DNA of 24,110 bases, from contig NW_021836449.1 of the NCBI RefSeq assembly GCF_006345805.1, positions 1-24,110 on the forward strand. Direction: 5' to 3'. Position 1 is the first letter of the stretch. Each line of letters begins with the position of its first letter. Under the pieces are notes generated by a model. The model was given only the letters and a program-made list of their open reading frames with translations. It did no database searches and had not been told where the DNA came from. This DNA is from Octopus sinensis (Eukaryota). This document shows positions 10,277 to 22,339 of this stretch, piece by piece. A program made the position numbers and the translations under genes.

Positions 10277-10816
10277 CAGTGGTTCCCAACAGGAGTTCTC
10301 ACGGCCCCTTAGGGTCCACATAAGATTTTGGGGGGTCCACAATAGTATTTTAAGGGCTCCTGAAAATCTTTTGCTTTTATATTGGTATGTATTGCAAGAA
10401 CCAACTAGTTTTCTTTCTCTAGCATGTTACTGAGTTCAACTTGTACAAGTTAATGAGTGAAAAACAAAAAAGAGGAATTTTGAATGAAGTTTCTATAAAA
10501 CTAGTTTGCAAATATCCAATGGCTATGGAGGTCCACCAGAATAAAATAGTAATCAAAGGGGTCCATAGCTAAAAAAAAAATGGTTGAGAACTCCTGCGTT
10601 AGATGTATTTATTGATATGCATTAACAAGAAAGAGCTGGGTTACTTTCTCTAGCATTTTACACAGTTAATGAGTGAAAAACAAAAGAGGAATTTTGAAAG
10701 CAGTTTCTATAAAACTAGTTTTTAAACATTGAATGTCTATGGGGGTGCAGCAGAATAAAATAGTAATCAAAGGGGTTCTTAGATACAAAAAAGAAAAGAA
10801 TGGTTGAGAAACCCTG
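10277..10816. mobile_element. hAT-type MITE composite (two 3' halves)
   Basis: TIR-like ends cagtggttcccaac (10277), caggagttctca (10290) / tgagaactcctg (10585-10596) and gttgagaaaccctg (ending at 10816). The outer flanks ctctaaat / ctctttat match at 6 of 8. About 180 bp is internally duplicated. Confidence 0.75.
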
Positions 10817-10884
10817 CTCTTTATCATCAATTACTAAAAATCACTTTTGTTGGTATTTGAGTTTATATATCTTTTGTCTTTTTT

Positions 10885-11118
10885 AATTGTTTTTTTCATT
10901 AGACTGATGTCATGCTGGGGCAACGCCTTGAAGAATCTTTAGTCAAATGAATCTGTACCAGTACTTATTTTTATTAAACCTGGTACTTATCCGATCAATC
11001 TCTTTTGCCGGACCGCTACGTTGCGGGGACGCAAACACACCAACACCGCTTTCAAGTGGTAGTGAGGTACAAACAGACGATACAAAGATACACATACACA
11101 CACGCACACACACATGCA

Positions 11119-11187
<69 letters not shown>

Positions 11188-11360
11188 AGACACACACACA
11201 CACACACACAAAGGCACGTACGCACACTCAATCATATAGGGGACGGGATTCTTTCACTTATCGTTTACCAAATTCCACTGACAAGGCTTTTTGGGACGGA
11301 ACCCAAAACCACATGGCTGGGAAGCAAGCTTCTTATCCACACAGCCACTCCTGTTCCTAT
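10885..11360 (-). mobile_element. Family A SINE, diverged, with expanded (CA)n
   Basis: Head ccacacagccactcctg, internal deletion, and a tail homologous to other copies. Confidence 0.8.
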
Positions 11361-11581
11361 GTGAGTAGCCTTCTGTCCCTTACAAAACAGCCCCATACGT
11401 CCACGACTGAGTGCTATTATTAGATCTGCATTGTTTTTAAAATCGATAACCTCCGCCCCGCCACTAAAATATTCCTTCATCAATTCATTATCATCGAATA
11501 TGTTTTTTTTTCCTTTTTTGAAATTACATGTGATACTGAAAATAATGCGATAATAACTGCCAAAGTTTTAGGAATTGCGGC

Positions 11582-11920
11582 TTTGAGAAATGAGTAGGCA
11601 ATAATCTGATAGCTCTGCATCGGCAAAAGTTGAAAAAATATGGAAAAAAAGTGAAAGGAGTACAGTGAACTTGCCGTGAGGAGTGGAATATCCAATGTTT
11701 CGGATTCAATCCTTCGTCAGAGGGAAGAGAAAAAGAGAAGAAAATGAGAAAAAAGTCAAACAGAGTTTACATCCTCTCAGCTTGAAAAACTGACTGCAAC
11801 ACTTTTTTCTCTTTTTCTCTGCCCCTGACGAAGGATTAAATCCGAAACGTTAGATATTCCACTCCTCACGGCAAGTTCACAGCACCCCTTTCATTTTCTT
11901 CCATATTTTTTGAGAAATGA
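11582..11920. mobile_element. Asymmetric palindromic insertion (about 110-bp arms) with hammerhead-like cores, bounded by a 12-bp direct repeat
   Basis: Arms about 11633-11744 and 11803-11911; tttgagaaatga at 11582-11593 and 11909-11920; ctgacga-a-ggat-taa-atcc-gaa-acgt-t at 11825-11851. Confidence 0.75.
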
Positions 11921-12323
11921 TTGCTGATTTTCCAAACTGAAATTCTTTTGTTTTTATGTCATGTAAACAAACATAGGTTTGTTTTGAAGCGCTGAAATGT
12001 ATTGTTGTACAAGTAGAAAGATTAGTCGCTGGATGCTGACATATTTTTTCTGCTCTGTAAGGATTTTATCCTATATATACTGTTCTATCAGTATTTATGC
12101 GTTGAAAAATATATCTTTTTTGTTTTTGTTTTATTTATTTCCGAATTTGGAGGCTTGTATTCATGAACGCTTTACGAACCATAAAAAGAGATCTTTCTAC
12201 TTTGTCCCTTTCTGACACAACGATATTTTCGTTTTATTAACATGCGCATTTCTGTTTATTCATTACAAACGAAAATCGTTCTTCTCCATACATTGTTGAA
12301 ACGGTATATGGATTTCTGAGTAG

Positions 12324-12641
12324 TTTGTGATCTATTTTGGAGATGTACTCGCATAGCAAGTAATTTGATCTGAGATCGTGTGCTGAAACGAAAACAATTG
12401 CAGCGTGGAAGGTGTTTATAAGCCATTTAAGAAACACACAAAAGCCGTTCGATTCACTTCAACATTTAAGTTTAATTTGTCAAAATATTTTCGTCGCTAA
12501 AATCCGCGACCTGTTCACTGACAAAAACCCGTTGCAGCACGGGTTTTTGTCAGTGAACAGGTCGCGGATTTTAGCGACGAAAATATTTTGACAAATTAAA
12601 CTTAAATGTTGAAGTGAATCGAACGGCTTTTGTGATCTATT
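12324..12641. mobile_element. Perfect palindrome (96-bp arms, 6-nt loop) within an insertion bounded by a 13-bp direct repeat; probable Penelope-like inverted terminus
   Basis: 12437-12532 is the exact reverse complement of 12539-12634; tttgtgatctatt occurs at 12324-12336 and 12629-12641. Confidence 0.85.
12547..12594 (+). ncRNA. Minimal type I hammerhead ribozyme candidate with G3-C8 core swap (mirror copy on the minus strand at 12477-12524)
   Basis: Stem I ttgtca/tgacaa; core GTGAACA plus g; stem II gtcgc/gcgac; GAA; palindromic stem III AATATT; cleavage nucleotide U. Confidence 0.6.
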
Positions 12642-12988
12642 ATTATTAGCAAATTTTGAAAATAAAAAATAAAAGATTGTTGTTGTAGTTACTAGGAAAA
12701 AAAAAAAAAAAGAATAAGAATTGGATTTCAACATAAGTTGAAAAACTTTTGCTGCTACTCTGATTGGTCTGACAGACTCAAACTCAAAAATTCATGAATG
12801 TCCGCGTAACAGGAGACGCTGCAAATACAGAAAAAAATTTTTGAAATTAAATTTCGTATAAAATTTTACAAAAGAAAGAGTTTCCTCTTTAATGACTTAA
12901 ATACTTATAAAATAATAAAATCGAAAAGACATCTTCAACTAGATGAACCATTAGACGATAGGGTTGGCTGCCTATCACTCTGTACACC

Positions 12989-13054
12989 TCAGAAAAATTA
13001 AAATCCTCAAACTTAGCCATGTGGAAGAACATTACATCTGTTATCAAATGGTTC
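12989..13054 (+). pseudogene. Possible Penelope-like RT remnant
   Basis: SEKLKSSNLAMWKNITSVIKWF resembles the recalled PLE RT motif N.WKNT.SVI.WF. The match is short and was judged by eye. Confidence 0.35.
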
Positions 13055-13745
13055 CCCAATGCACAAATCACTAAACCCCTTCTTTTAAAATCATTTACAT
13101 TCGCATAAAATACAGTACATTCACATAGACAGACCCACACGTGCAAACGTTATCGATTTAGTATATGCTGGGCATACATTATTTTCGACGTAGATTTGGA
13201 TAGTGTATTGACAAAATCGTTAGAATGTCGATCATTCTTCCGGGGCCGAACATAAAACGTCTCAGGTGACGAACGATGTTTCGAATAACGAACAAGCAGG
13301 CCGAAAACAACGGTTGGCGACAAGCTGGGTGTATCAGCAGGAGAGCACATTCCTGCTTGAATTATTGTTGGGTCATTCATATCTAAGAACACTTCTTATT
13401 TTTACCTTCTATCTAATTATCATGGACAACCTAACCACAATCACGAGCAGTTGTTGATGCCTACTTAACGTAATATTGATTACGTTAAGAAATGCAATAT
13501 TTGCCAACACGGTAAATGAAATAGAAAACAGTTTATGGCACAAGAAAGATATCAGAATGTTTTGAACAATGCGAATGTCTTGGCACAATAAATTAATGTA
13601 AAAATAATTAGAAAAGTAAATAAATCATGGAAATGGATAAATAAATTAAACAAAGAGTTTCAAATTTTGATACTTCTGCTTCAAAATACTGCCAATATCG
13701 ATTGATATAATATCTATTAATATAAAAATTAATAGAATTATATTT

Positions 13746-13972
13746 CTTTATTAACCACAACGGGCTAAACATAGAGGGGACAAACAAGGACAGACAAAGG
13801 GATTAAGTCGATTACATCGACCCAGTGCGAAACTGGTACTTTATTTATCGACCCCGAAAAGATGAAAGGCAAAGTCAACCTCGGCGGAATTTGAACTCAG
13901 AACGTAACGGCAGACGAAATACGGCTACGCATTTCACCCGGCGTGCTAACGATTCTGCCCGCTCGCCGCTTT
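13746..13972 (-). mobile_element. Family B SINE, well preserved
   Basis: Full head-to-tail homology with 19097-19307, with an alternative 3' tail. Confidence 0.9.
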
Positions 13973-14337
13973 AGATAATTATGATTTCAAATTATTTGAA
14001 TTTTTTGCTACAAAGGCAGCTTGGAGAAGGGGATTAAGTCGATTAAATAGACTTAATAGAATTAGCCGCGTGTTTCCATTTCTCAGAGTATTCTTCAACG
14101 GGAGATAACTGTAATCTTACTGCTATTATGTCCCTTGATTACTACTTGCTAATTAGTCTTACCGATCATATGACAAATAATATTGGGGACAAATGGGTTC
14201 AAATAGTGCATTACGTCACAAGTGTAATTACATGATATAAAAATCAATATTATTCCTATTGATAACATATTTATTGCAAATATACAAATGAGAAGTTAAT
14301 TCAAATGAAATCTTATTTTAATAAATATATCTATTTT

Positions 14338-14531
14338 AAGGCAGTCAGCTGGCAGAATCGAGCGCTATGCATTTCGTGTCTTTACTTTCTGAGTTCAAAT
14401 TCCGCTGAAGTCGACTTTGCCTTTCATCCATTCGGGGGCGATAAACTAAGTACCAGTTGAACTCTGGGGTCGACTTGACCGACTTACCCTCCTCACCCCC
14501 GAAGTTGCTGGCCTTGTGCCAAAATTTGAAA
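14338..14531 (+). mobile_element. Family B SINE
   Basis: aaggcagtcagctggcagaa...gagttcaaattcc...ggggtcgac...gccttgtgccaaaatttgaa. Confidence 0.85.
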
Positions 14532-15690
14532 TGCATCTATTTTGAAAATTAGCGTTCATTTTATTCGCCTTCATTCCCAATAAAATTTGAAAACAAAAAA
14601 AAAAAGTAAAATCATAATTATTCTTTATCTGTTACATTACCTGTTATTACCTGCAATTAGCAAGAGTATATATTCCCTGCATCACCCGTCATAAGGACGG
14701 TTAATACTCTTTTAAATATATTCTGCTGTCTGAGTGTGCTGACATAAATACTTTTATGTGGGATGTTAGAGATAAGTGTCATGCTTGTTAATCTAAAAAT
14801 AACAATATTCAAATACAAAGAGACAGATATCTGTCATAGATTTTGTCCTACGCACTTGTCTAGTGTGTGTGTGTGTGTGTGTGTGTGAATGTTTTTAAAG
14901 TCACACCCTGAAATAATAATCAGCACAGCATTATTTATGTAGATAAAAAGTATGTTTAGATTTTGAGGATAGAAAATGTGGTAGATAAGTTGTAGTTTCA
15001 AAAGAGGGGAAAATTAAAAGCGTGAGTTTTAAATTAAAATACAACCCCAAACGCCGAATCGAAGTGTTGAACTTAAAAATTGGGAATTATAAACAGAACA
15101 ACACATACACACACAAACACAGACACGGACACCCACACACATGCGTGCACATACACACGGACACACACACACACACACAAGTCATTACTGACTTGGATAA
15201 TGTGTAGTTGTGACCTGAAGTCGAGTTAGTCAAGCATAACTAGTCATTACCCAAGTGTAAGTCTGTATAATATCATAACACAGTACAACGTATTGGTTCA
15301 TTACACAGTTCACCTGACACGTCTGTTCTCCTCCTCTGCCTACACCCATTTCTTCAATCCAGCTTTTTTTGTTTCATTTCAGTTTTTTTTCTTTTCGTTT
15401 TTTACTTGTTTCCCTTGAAATAACTTGCGGCTTCATTACCATATATGAGACAACAACAACAACAAGTTTCTGGGCGGATAAGTAGATCAAGACAAGGAAA
15501 TAATTCTGTCACAACCACACTAATATCGACGATGACCGTACCTTGTTTTAAAATATTTACTTTTGTTAAACAGTAGCAGATAAATCTAGGACAAACACAC
15601 ATTCCAGAAAAAAAAAAAAAAAAAAAAAAACAGACTTTTAAAATTTATATACATTCGCAGTCAAATCTTTGTTAACTTTAAAGCACAAAC

Positions 15691-15813
15691 ATGGACAGTA
15701 AGCTTGACTTCATCGTCATTAAGAATGGATCGGATAGCTGCAAAGCTGGATTTCGAGATGACACTACACCAAAGACAGTGATTCCTTCAGTTGTTGCTTA
15801 TTCCCAAAATGAG
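15691..15813 (+). CDS. Divergent actin, coding exon 1 (41 codons)
   Basis: MDSKLDFIVIKNGSDSCKAGFRDDTTPKTVIPSVVAYSQNE aligns without gaps to actin residues 1-41. It ends at gag|GTATGT, the conserved 41/42 phase-0 actin intron site, and has a good start context (caaacATGg). Confidence 0.92.
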
Positions 15814-15825
15814 GTATGTCTTCTT

Positions 15826-15858
<33 letters not shown>

Positions 15859-16256
15859 ATATATATATATATACATATACTAGTATTATAACCCGATTTC
15901 ATTTTAAAGCTGAGGAATTTTGCTCTAGAGGCCACGCCTTTCAAGTGAGCAAACTCAAAGTTGCCATGCAAACTCCCCAACACTTTTAACATAGGTGTCA
16001 ATCCGACCACATTTACTAACACTTTTGCCTGCACAACTGCTTGTAAGACTACGTCTGCCCTTTTCACAAATAAATAGTAGATATATAATCGCTCTATTTT
16101 TCTTTAGAAGTGTGCTTGTTTCTGACTCACGAATAAGTCACCGATAGTAATATTTATAAAACGCATACTCACGCACTCATTGCATTTATGTGCTTCACTT
16201 AAATACCTAACTTAGATTATGTGTACGGTTGCCATAACATTCCGTATGTATACATA

Positions 16257-16566
16257 CAGTGGCAGACTGGGTCTAGAAATATTGGTTGCCAGGAGACTAA
16301 GGGGACCAACCCACAACTACAAGGGGACCCACTCGCAACTACAATGCTATCATTTAATTTGTTTTTCTTAAAAGTGTTCTTTTCAACTGTCTACAAACGT
16401 AGCCAGGCTGAAATAATTAATGCATTCTTCCAGGAGTGAATAAAAAAATTCTCAAACTTGAGGCGATGGGCCCCTTAGATACTAACATGGGCTCCCTTAT
16501 ATGGATTCTAATGGCGCAGGGGCCCACTTGCCATCGGGCAGCTGGCAACCTGGCAGTCCGCCACTG
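16257..16566. mobile_element. hAT-type MITE (310 bp) in the actin intron
   Basis: 13-bp TIRs cagtggcagactg / cagtccgccactg (12 of 13 match) and a perfect 8-bp TSD tatacata (16249-16256 and 16567-16574). Confidence 0.9.
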
Positions 16567-16642
16567 TATACATACATGCATACATACATGCATGCATGCA
16601 TATATACATACATAGACATATATGTACGTATGTACATGTGTA

Positions 16643-16715
<73 letters not shown>

Positions 16716-16730
16716 ATATATATATATATA

Positions 16731-17092
16731 TTACATCGTCGTACTCGGTCGGTTACGACGACGAAGGTTCCAGTTGATCCGATTAAAGGAACAGCCTGCT
16801 TGTGAAATTAACGCGCATGTACCCTTAATGTGGTTCTCGGGAAGATTCAGTGTGACACAGAGTGTGACAAGGGTGGCCCTTTGAAATACGGGTACAACAG
16901 AAACAGGAAGAAAGAGTAAGAGAAAGTTGTGGTGAAAGAGTACAGCTGAGTTCGCCACCAGCCCCTGCCGGAACCTCGTGGAGCTTTAGGTCTTTTCGCT
17001 CAATAAACACTCACAACGTCCGGTCTGGGAATCGAAATCGCGATCTTATGACCGTGAATTTGCTGCCCTAACAGCTGGGTCATTGTGCCTCC
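16731..17092 (-). mobile_element. tRNA-headed SINE, family C
   Basis: Minus-strand head ggaggcacaatgacccagctgttagggc...tttcgattcccagacc with A/B-box-like motifs; no homology to families A or B. Confidence 0.75.
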
Positions 17093-17174
17093 CCACCCAC
17101 AGAGACACACACACATATATACGTATATATATATTTGTATATAAATACACACGCATTATCTATGTATGTGTGTG

Positions 17175-17214
<40 letters not shown>

Positions 17215-17216
<2 letters not shown>

Positions 17217-17655
17217 TTTACTTCTTTACTTGTTTCACTCATTTAGCTGTGGCCATGCTGGAGCACCGCCTTTAGTCGAGCAAATCAACCACAGGACTTA
17301 TTCTTTGTAAGCCTTGTACTTATTCTATCGGTCACTTAAGCCGAACCGCTAAGTTACGGGGACGTAAGCACACCAGCATCGGTTGTCAAGAGATGTCTGG
17401 GGGCGGGGGAACAAACACAGACACACAAACACACACACACACACACCACACACACACACACACACACAACACACACACATATATATATACATATATACGA
17501 CGGGCTTCTTTCAGTTTCCGTCTACCAAATCCACTCACAAGGCTTTGGTCGGCCCGAGGCTATAGTAGAAGACACTTGCCCAAGGTGCCACGCAGTAAGA
17601 CTGAACTCAGAACCATGTGGTTCGAAAGCAAGCTACTTACCACACAGTCACTATT
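17215..17655 (-). mobile_element. Family A SINE, near full length
   Basis: Homologous to 3990-4435. Confidence 0.9.
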
Positions 17656-17708
17656 GTATATGCATATTTGTATATCTATATATATTTGTATATCTATATA
17701 TATTTATG

Positions 17709-17760
<52 letters not shown>

Positions 17761-17809
17761 TATACGTATGCATGTATCTATGTATGTATATATCTGTGTG
17801 TGTGTGTGT

Positions 17810-18362
<553 letters not shown>

Positions 18363-19096
18363 ATTTAAATAATCCCCAAATGGAGAAATTTTTTGATCAA
18401 CTAACAAGCATACTGGACCACATCTGTAGATTATTTTTTTAATACAAGACATGACATCACATTTCTGTGACATAACTGTAATGTCCTGTCATGCTTTTGT
18501 ATTAAAAAATAATCTACGGGGAGAACATAGGTAACTGATAGCGATAGTAAATATGGATATTTTTATCCCTTAGTCGGTCACTATAACCGCTATACGCTTG
18601 CATGTGTGCATATGAATGTGCGTTTGTGTGTGTGTGTGTGCGTGTGTGCGAGTGCTAGTTAAGTTGAATGTGTAGGTGGACTAAAAAAAATGCCACATTC
18701 CACTAAAACTGCAATTCTTTCGAAACAATTTTAAGAATGTCCAGATTGTTCGTGCATTTAAGTGTGTGATACCCCGATGTATCCCATGCGCTATTCCAAA
18801 ATATTTGTTGAGGATGGGAATTTTAACCCTTTGCGTGTGTCGTATCACATATGATACGCAAGACACATCTCCCTGGAGCTCATGCATCATATATGTTATA
18901 CATTCACAATGTTTCCTAACCACTAGAGTAAGCTGGAACTTGGGAAAAACATATAAAAAACATAAACTCACTAAAAGTCTGAAAACATGGATTTGATTTT
19001 GCGGTCTTACGTCAAGCATATTCATTAATTAAAACACGTTCGTTTCGTAGTTTTACTTAACAGCTTAAAGTTAAATTAGAATTGAGAAACTGTACA

Positions 19097-19307
19097 AGGC
19101 GGCGAGCTGGCAGAAACGTTAAGATACCGCGATAAATGTTCAGCAGTATTTTGTCTGTCTTTGCGTTCTGATTTCAAATTCCGCCGAAGTCGAGTTTGCC
19201 TTTCATCCTTTCGGGGTCGATAAATTAAGTACAAGTTGCGTAATGGGGTCGATCTAATCGAGTGTCTCCTGCCACAAAATTTCGAGCCTTGTACCTAGAA
19301 AAGAAAA
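19097..19307 (+). mobile_element. Family B SINE with a 19-bp target-site duplication
   Basis: agaattgagaaactgtaca at 19078-19096 and 19308-19326, plus an A-rich tail. Confidence 0.92.
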
Positions 19308-20739
19308 AGAATTGAGAAACTGTACATACTAAAAATTTCCTATTTGATTTGAAGAAGATGATTAGTATTAGGAAACCTATTACATGTTAGTAATTAAGTT
19401 ATTCATTCAACCAATTTTATTTACGAGGAAGATATGTATTAAGTTCAATACTGGCTTTAATGCATCAAAAAACGGAAATAGAATGGTAAATCTAATGATT
19501 AGCATTCAGTGAAGATAAAGCAAATCTGTTCATTTAACGTTGCCATTCAATTTAATTATTGTAATTTATTTAGTTTGAACTGTGTTGGATCTCTGAAATA
19601 TTCTGAGCATTGAATCAACTTTAAACACCTAATTATTCATAAAAGTTGAACGTAATACAATACTGTGCTATATAACTTTAGTACTATAATAATACTTTTT
19701 ACGTGGGTCTCTTGACAATGCGAGATCCGTAACCGTATGCTAGATTAACCGAATTAATTCAATGAATAATCTTTCGATTTCTTCATACACCTCTTTGCAA
19801 TAAGTTTGATCTGGGACTAAACTCTCACAAAAGGACAAATGTCTACGGAGTTTCTCTTTCTAAAAATAATATTACTAGATAATTGCTTTACTTATTTAAT
19901 GTCCATGAATTTCAATTCAATATAGTCTGTACATACAAATCACACAGCCTATTCCTCTCCAAGACACAACTCTTCCGCTCCTTATCTGTAACCCTTCACT
20001 TCTGTCCAGGTTACACTGTAAACTAAAACCTCTATTCTAAAAGGCGGTGTCAGCACATACGTATATTCTACTTTCTCTTCAATTCACCTCCCTCATCTGC
20101 TCATCCGCAATAACTTTTCGATATATCTTTTCCTGAGTCAAACGCAATTCTCTCACTTTAGTCCTCTCTGAAATTATCGTTTTCAGTCGCTTCAATGCTT
20201 TCAAGTGTCTTTGGTTTCCGCATCCAATTTTAATATCGCTGGAGATACAAAACCTCAATTTTACACAGTCCTCAACTATGTTTATGAATACGTTTCGTCT
20301 GCTACACGCATCCATGATAAATACTTAGATATTTCAAATACAGTTGTTTTTTTTCGTCTCTGTCTCTGTATCTCGCGGTTTGACTGAATACTGCTTCATC
20401 GCTACTCCCCACCACACATCTACATAATATTCCCCCACCACCATCATTGATTTCTATGGTACTTCAGATCAAATGGCGAGTTGGGGCTCCATTCGTGCTA
20501 TCCAAAGCTATCCATGGCAGTATATATGCTTCGCCCTCGATCATTTAGAAGCAGTGAAGCGGGTGACTGAAACCACCCGCTTAACCATAATTCACAGTTT
20601 CTGGTCCCCGAATTGGTTCAATAATAGCTGTGCTGCAGCAGACTAGACGAAGAAAACGACCAACAACTCTTGGAGCAAAGCTCATACCACCCGGAAGTGG
20701 ACGACGGTTCTTGTCCAGCACCGCAACTCCTTTAAGACA

Positions 20740-21140
20740 ATCATAAGAAGTACAAGAAATAATCCCATATATCACACAACTTACGAACATCCCCAAACTT
20801 TAATCTTTCCTTTAACTCTCTGACCCAAAGAATCTTTACAACATCAAGAAATCATCCTCTCCCCCACTTCTCAATCACAATAATTCTCTCCGCTTTGCAT
20901 CCAGCTCCGCACTGCACACACGAGGTAAGATTCATCCCAAACCTTCCCTTCAGGTTCAGAACTACGTAATCAACAATACAAACACAAAAACACTTTCAGT
21001 CGCTTCACACCCATAAGGTTGCCATCCCTTACAAAATAACTCATCTATTACCCTAAAACAATCAACCTCACAGCTGGCCTCTATCTTCACCAATCTCCTT
21101 TCCCCTCTTCACCATACACTCTCGATCTGCCTGTCTGCTT
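20740..21140 (-). pseudogene. Very degenerate retroelement debris, possibly an RTE thumb region
   Basis: Purine-biased minus strand with patches (GCEA, TSCVQ, RELKERLK) reminiscent of RTE C-terminal motifs. Confidence 0.3.
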
Positions 21141-21229
21141 CTTTCCTCTCTCTCTCTCTCTCTCTCTCATTCCCTCTTGCTCTCTCTTTGAGGATATCCC
21201 GCTCTTTGGAAACATGGTACAGGATATCC

Positions 21230-22150
21230 ATGCTACAGGGTGTCCCATTCCGGAGAAGGCAAAGCACTTACTCGGTTAACTATTTTCCTATCGAACTTGC
21301 TTCCAACATCTCAAAGATGATGAGAAAGTCATTAACAGTCATATTCCCCAACACCTTCAACCCCTTTCTCTCTTTAAGGGCTATTAAGAAGGTTCTAGAC
21401 CATACTGAGGACCGACTCTTCTATTGAGGATCGACTCTTTTATGTTGCCCACCCGGAAATATCTCACAATGTGGTCATGTCGTTCCTGTCTCCTTCAATA
21501 GCACAAAAGGCACAATCACCACATATATCAAGTAAAAAGAATTACCCCGCATACCTCTCAACATGAAGAGCACGCAACTAAAGCCTTCAAAGTTGCTGCA
21601 AATGCTAGGCATCGCAATCACTGACGATCTCTCCTGGTGAATACACATCTTCACTATAACAGCTTTCCTCTTCACAACCAGAAAATACTTAATCACCTAA
21701 CAACTATCAACCGTGTAGGAAACTCAGATCACAATGCTGCCCTCACTTCCGTGACGGTTCAGCTGAAATATTGACATCCTACTTAGAGAACATCAAAAAT
21801 ATAAAATAAACAAGTCAACCGACTGATTGGCTTCGCGTGGCTGACTGACCCACTTAAACTTCAGGCACACACTTATTTATTTCTTCTCTTTGATCTTTCT
21901 AACTCTACTTTAGAGGTCTGTATTTCTCGAAGCTGGCTGGTCCCGTACTTCCTTCACTCAGACACTCTTAACTCATCCAGCTCTCCTTTCATGCACCTCT
22001 AATTTCTTTCCAGACATTCATCTTCAACTCTATCTTCCTCAGATCATTGGTCCCCTGGAATGCCAATCCTGCGCATGCTATTCCTGTAGTTGTCGACTTT
22101 CAAATGTTCCAGAGGAACATTAAACGCTTTGATCTCACCAGTCTCGGAGA
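21230..22150 (+). pseudogene. Degenerate L2/Crack(CR1-group)-like LINE, RT 3' half
   Basis: Ordered patches across frames: GVP, KDD, ISQCG...VSFNSTK, MLGIAITDDLSW, RLIG, PWNANPAH...FQRNI. They follow the C-terminal motif order of CR1/L2-group RTs. Confidence 0.65.
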
Positions 22151-22339
22151 ACCCTGTGATTTCCAAGAGCACAAGCACTTGGTTTTCACGAGCACAGAAA
22201 GTATAATAAAAATAAGCGAATATTTGGTCACCGTGTAATATTTGTTCAATTCTCGTCTTGCATGAATTGTATGTCTTACTTCTTTACGAAAATCTTTATT
22301 GCTGTTCAGTAAAAGAGACAAAGATCCTTCCCGAGTTAT

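Noticed and set aside
13481-13516. YVKKCNICQHGK, integrase zinc-finger-like
   Set aside because: It is a single short patch flanked by stops, with no HH pair spacing or DDE core nearby.
20557-20582. 9-bp GC-rich hairpin (aagcgggtg/cacccgctt) as a Helitron 3' end
   Set aside because: The nearest CTRR is not followed by T and there is no matching 5' TC end or helicase remnant.
21715-21745. GNSDH resembling an APE endonuclease motif
   Set aside because: It lies in an alternative frame in the middle of an ordered RT C-terminal motif series, so it is coincidental.
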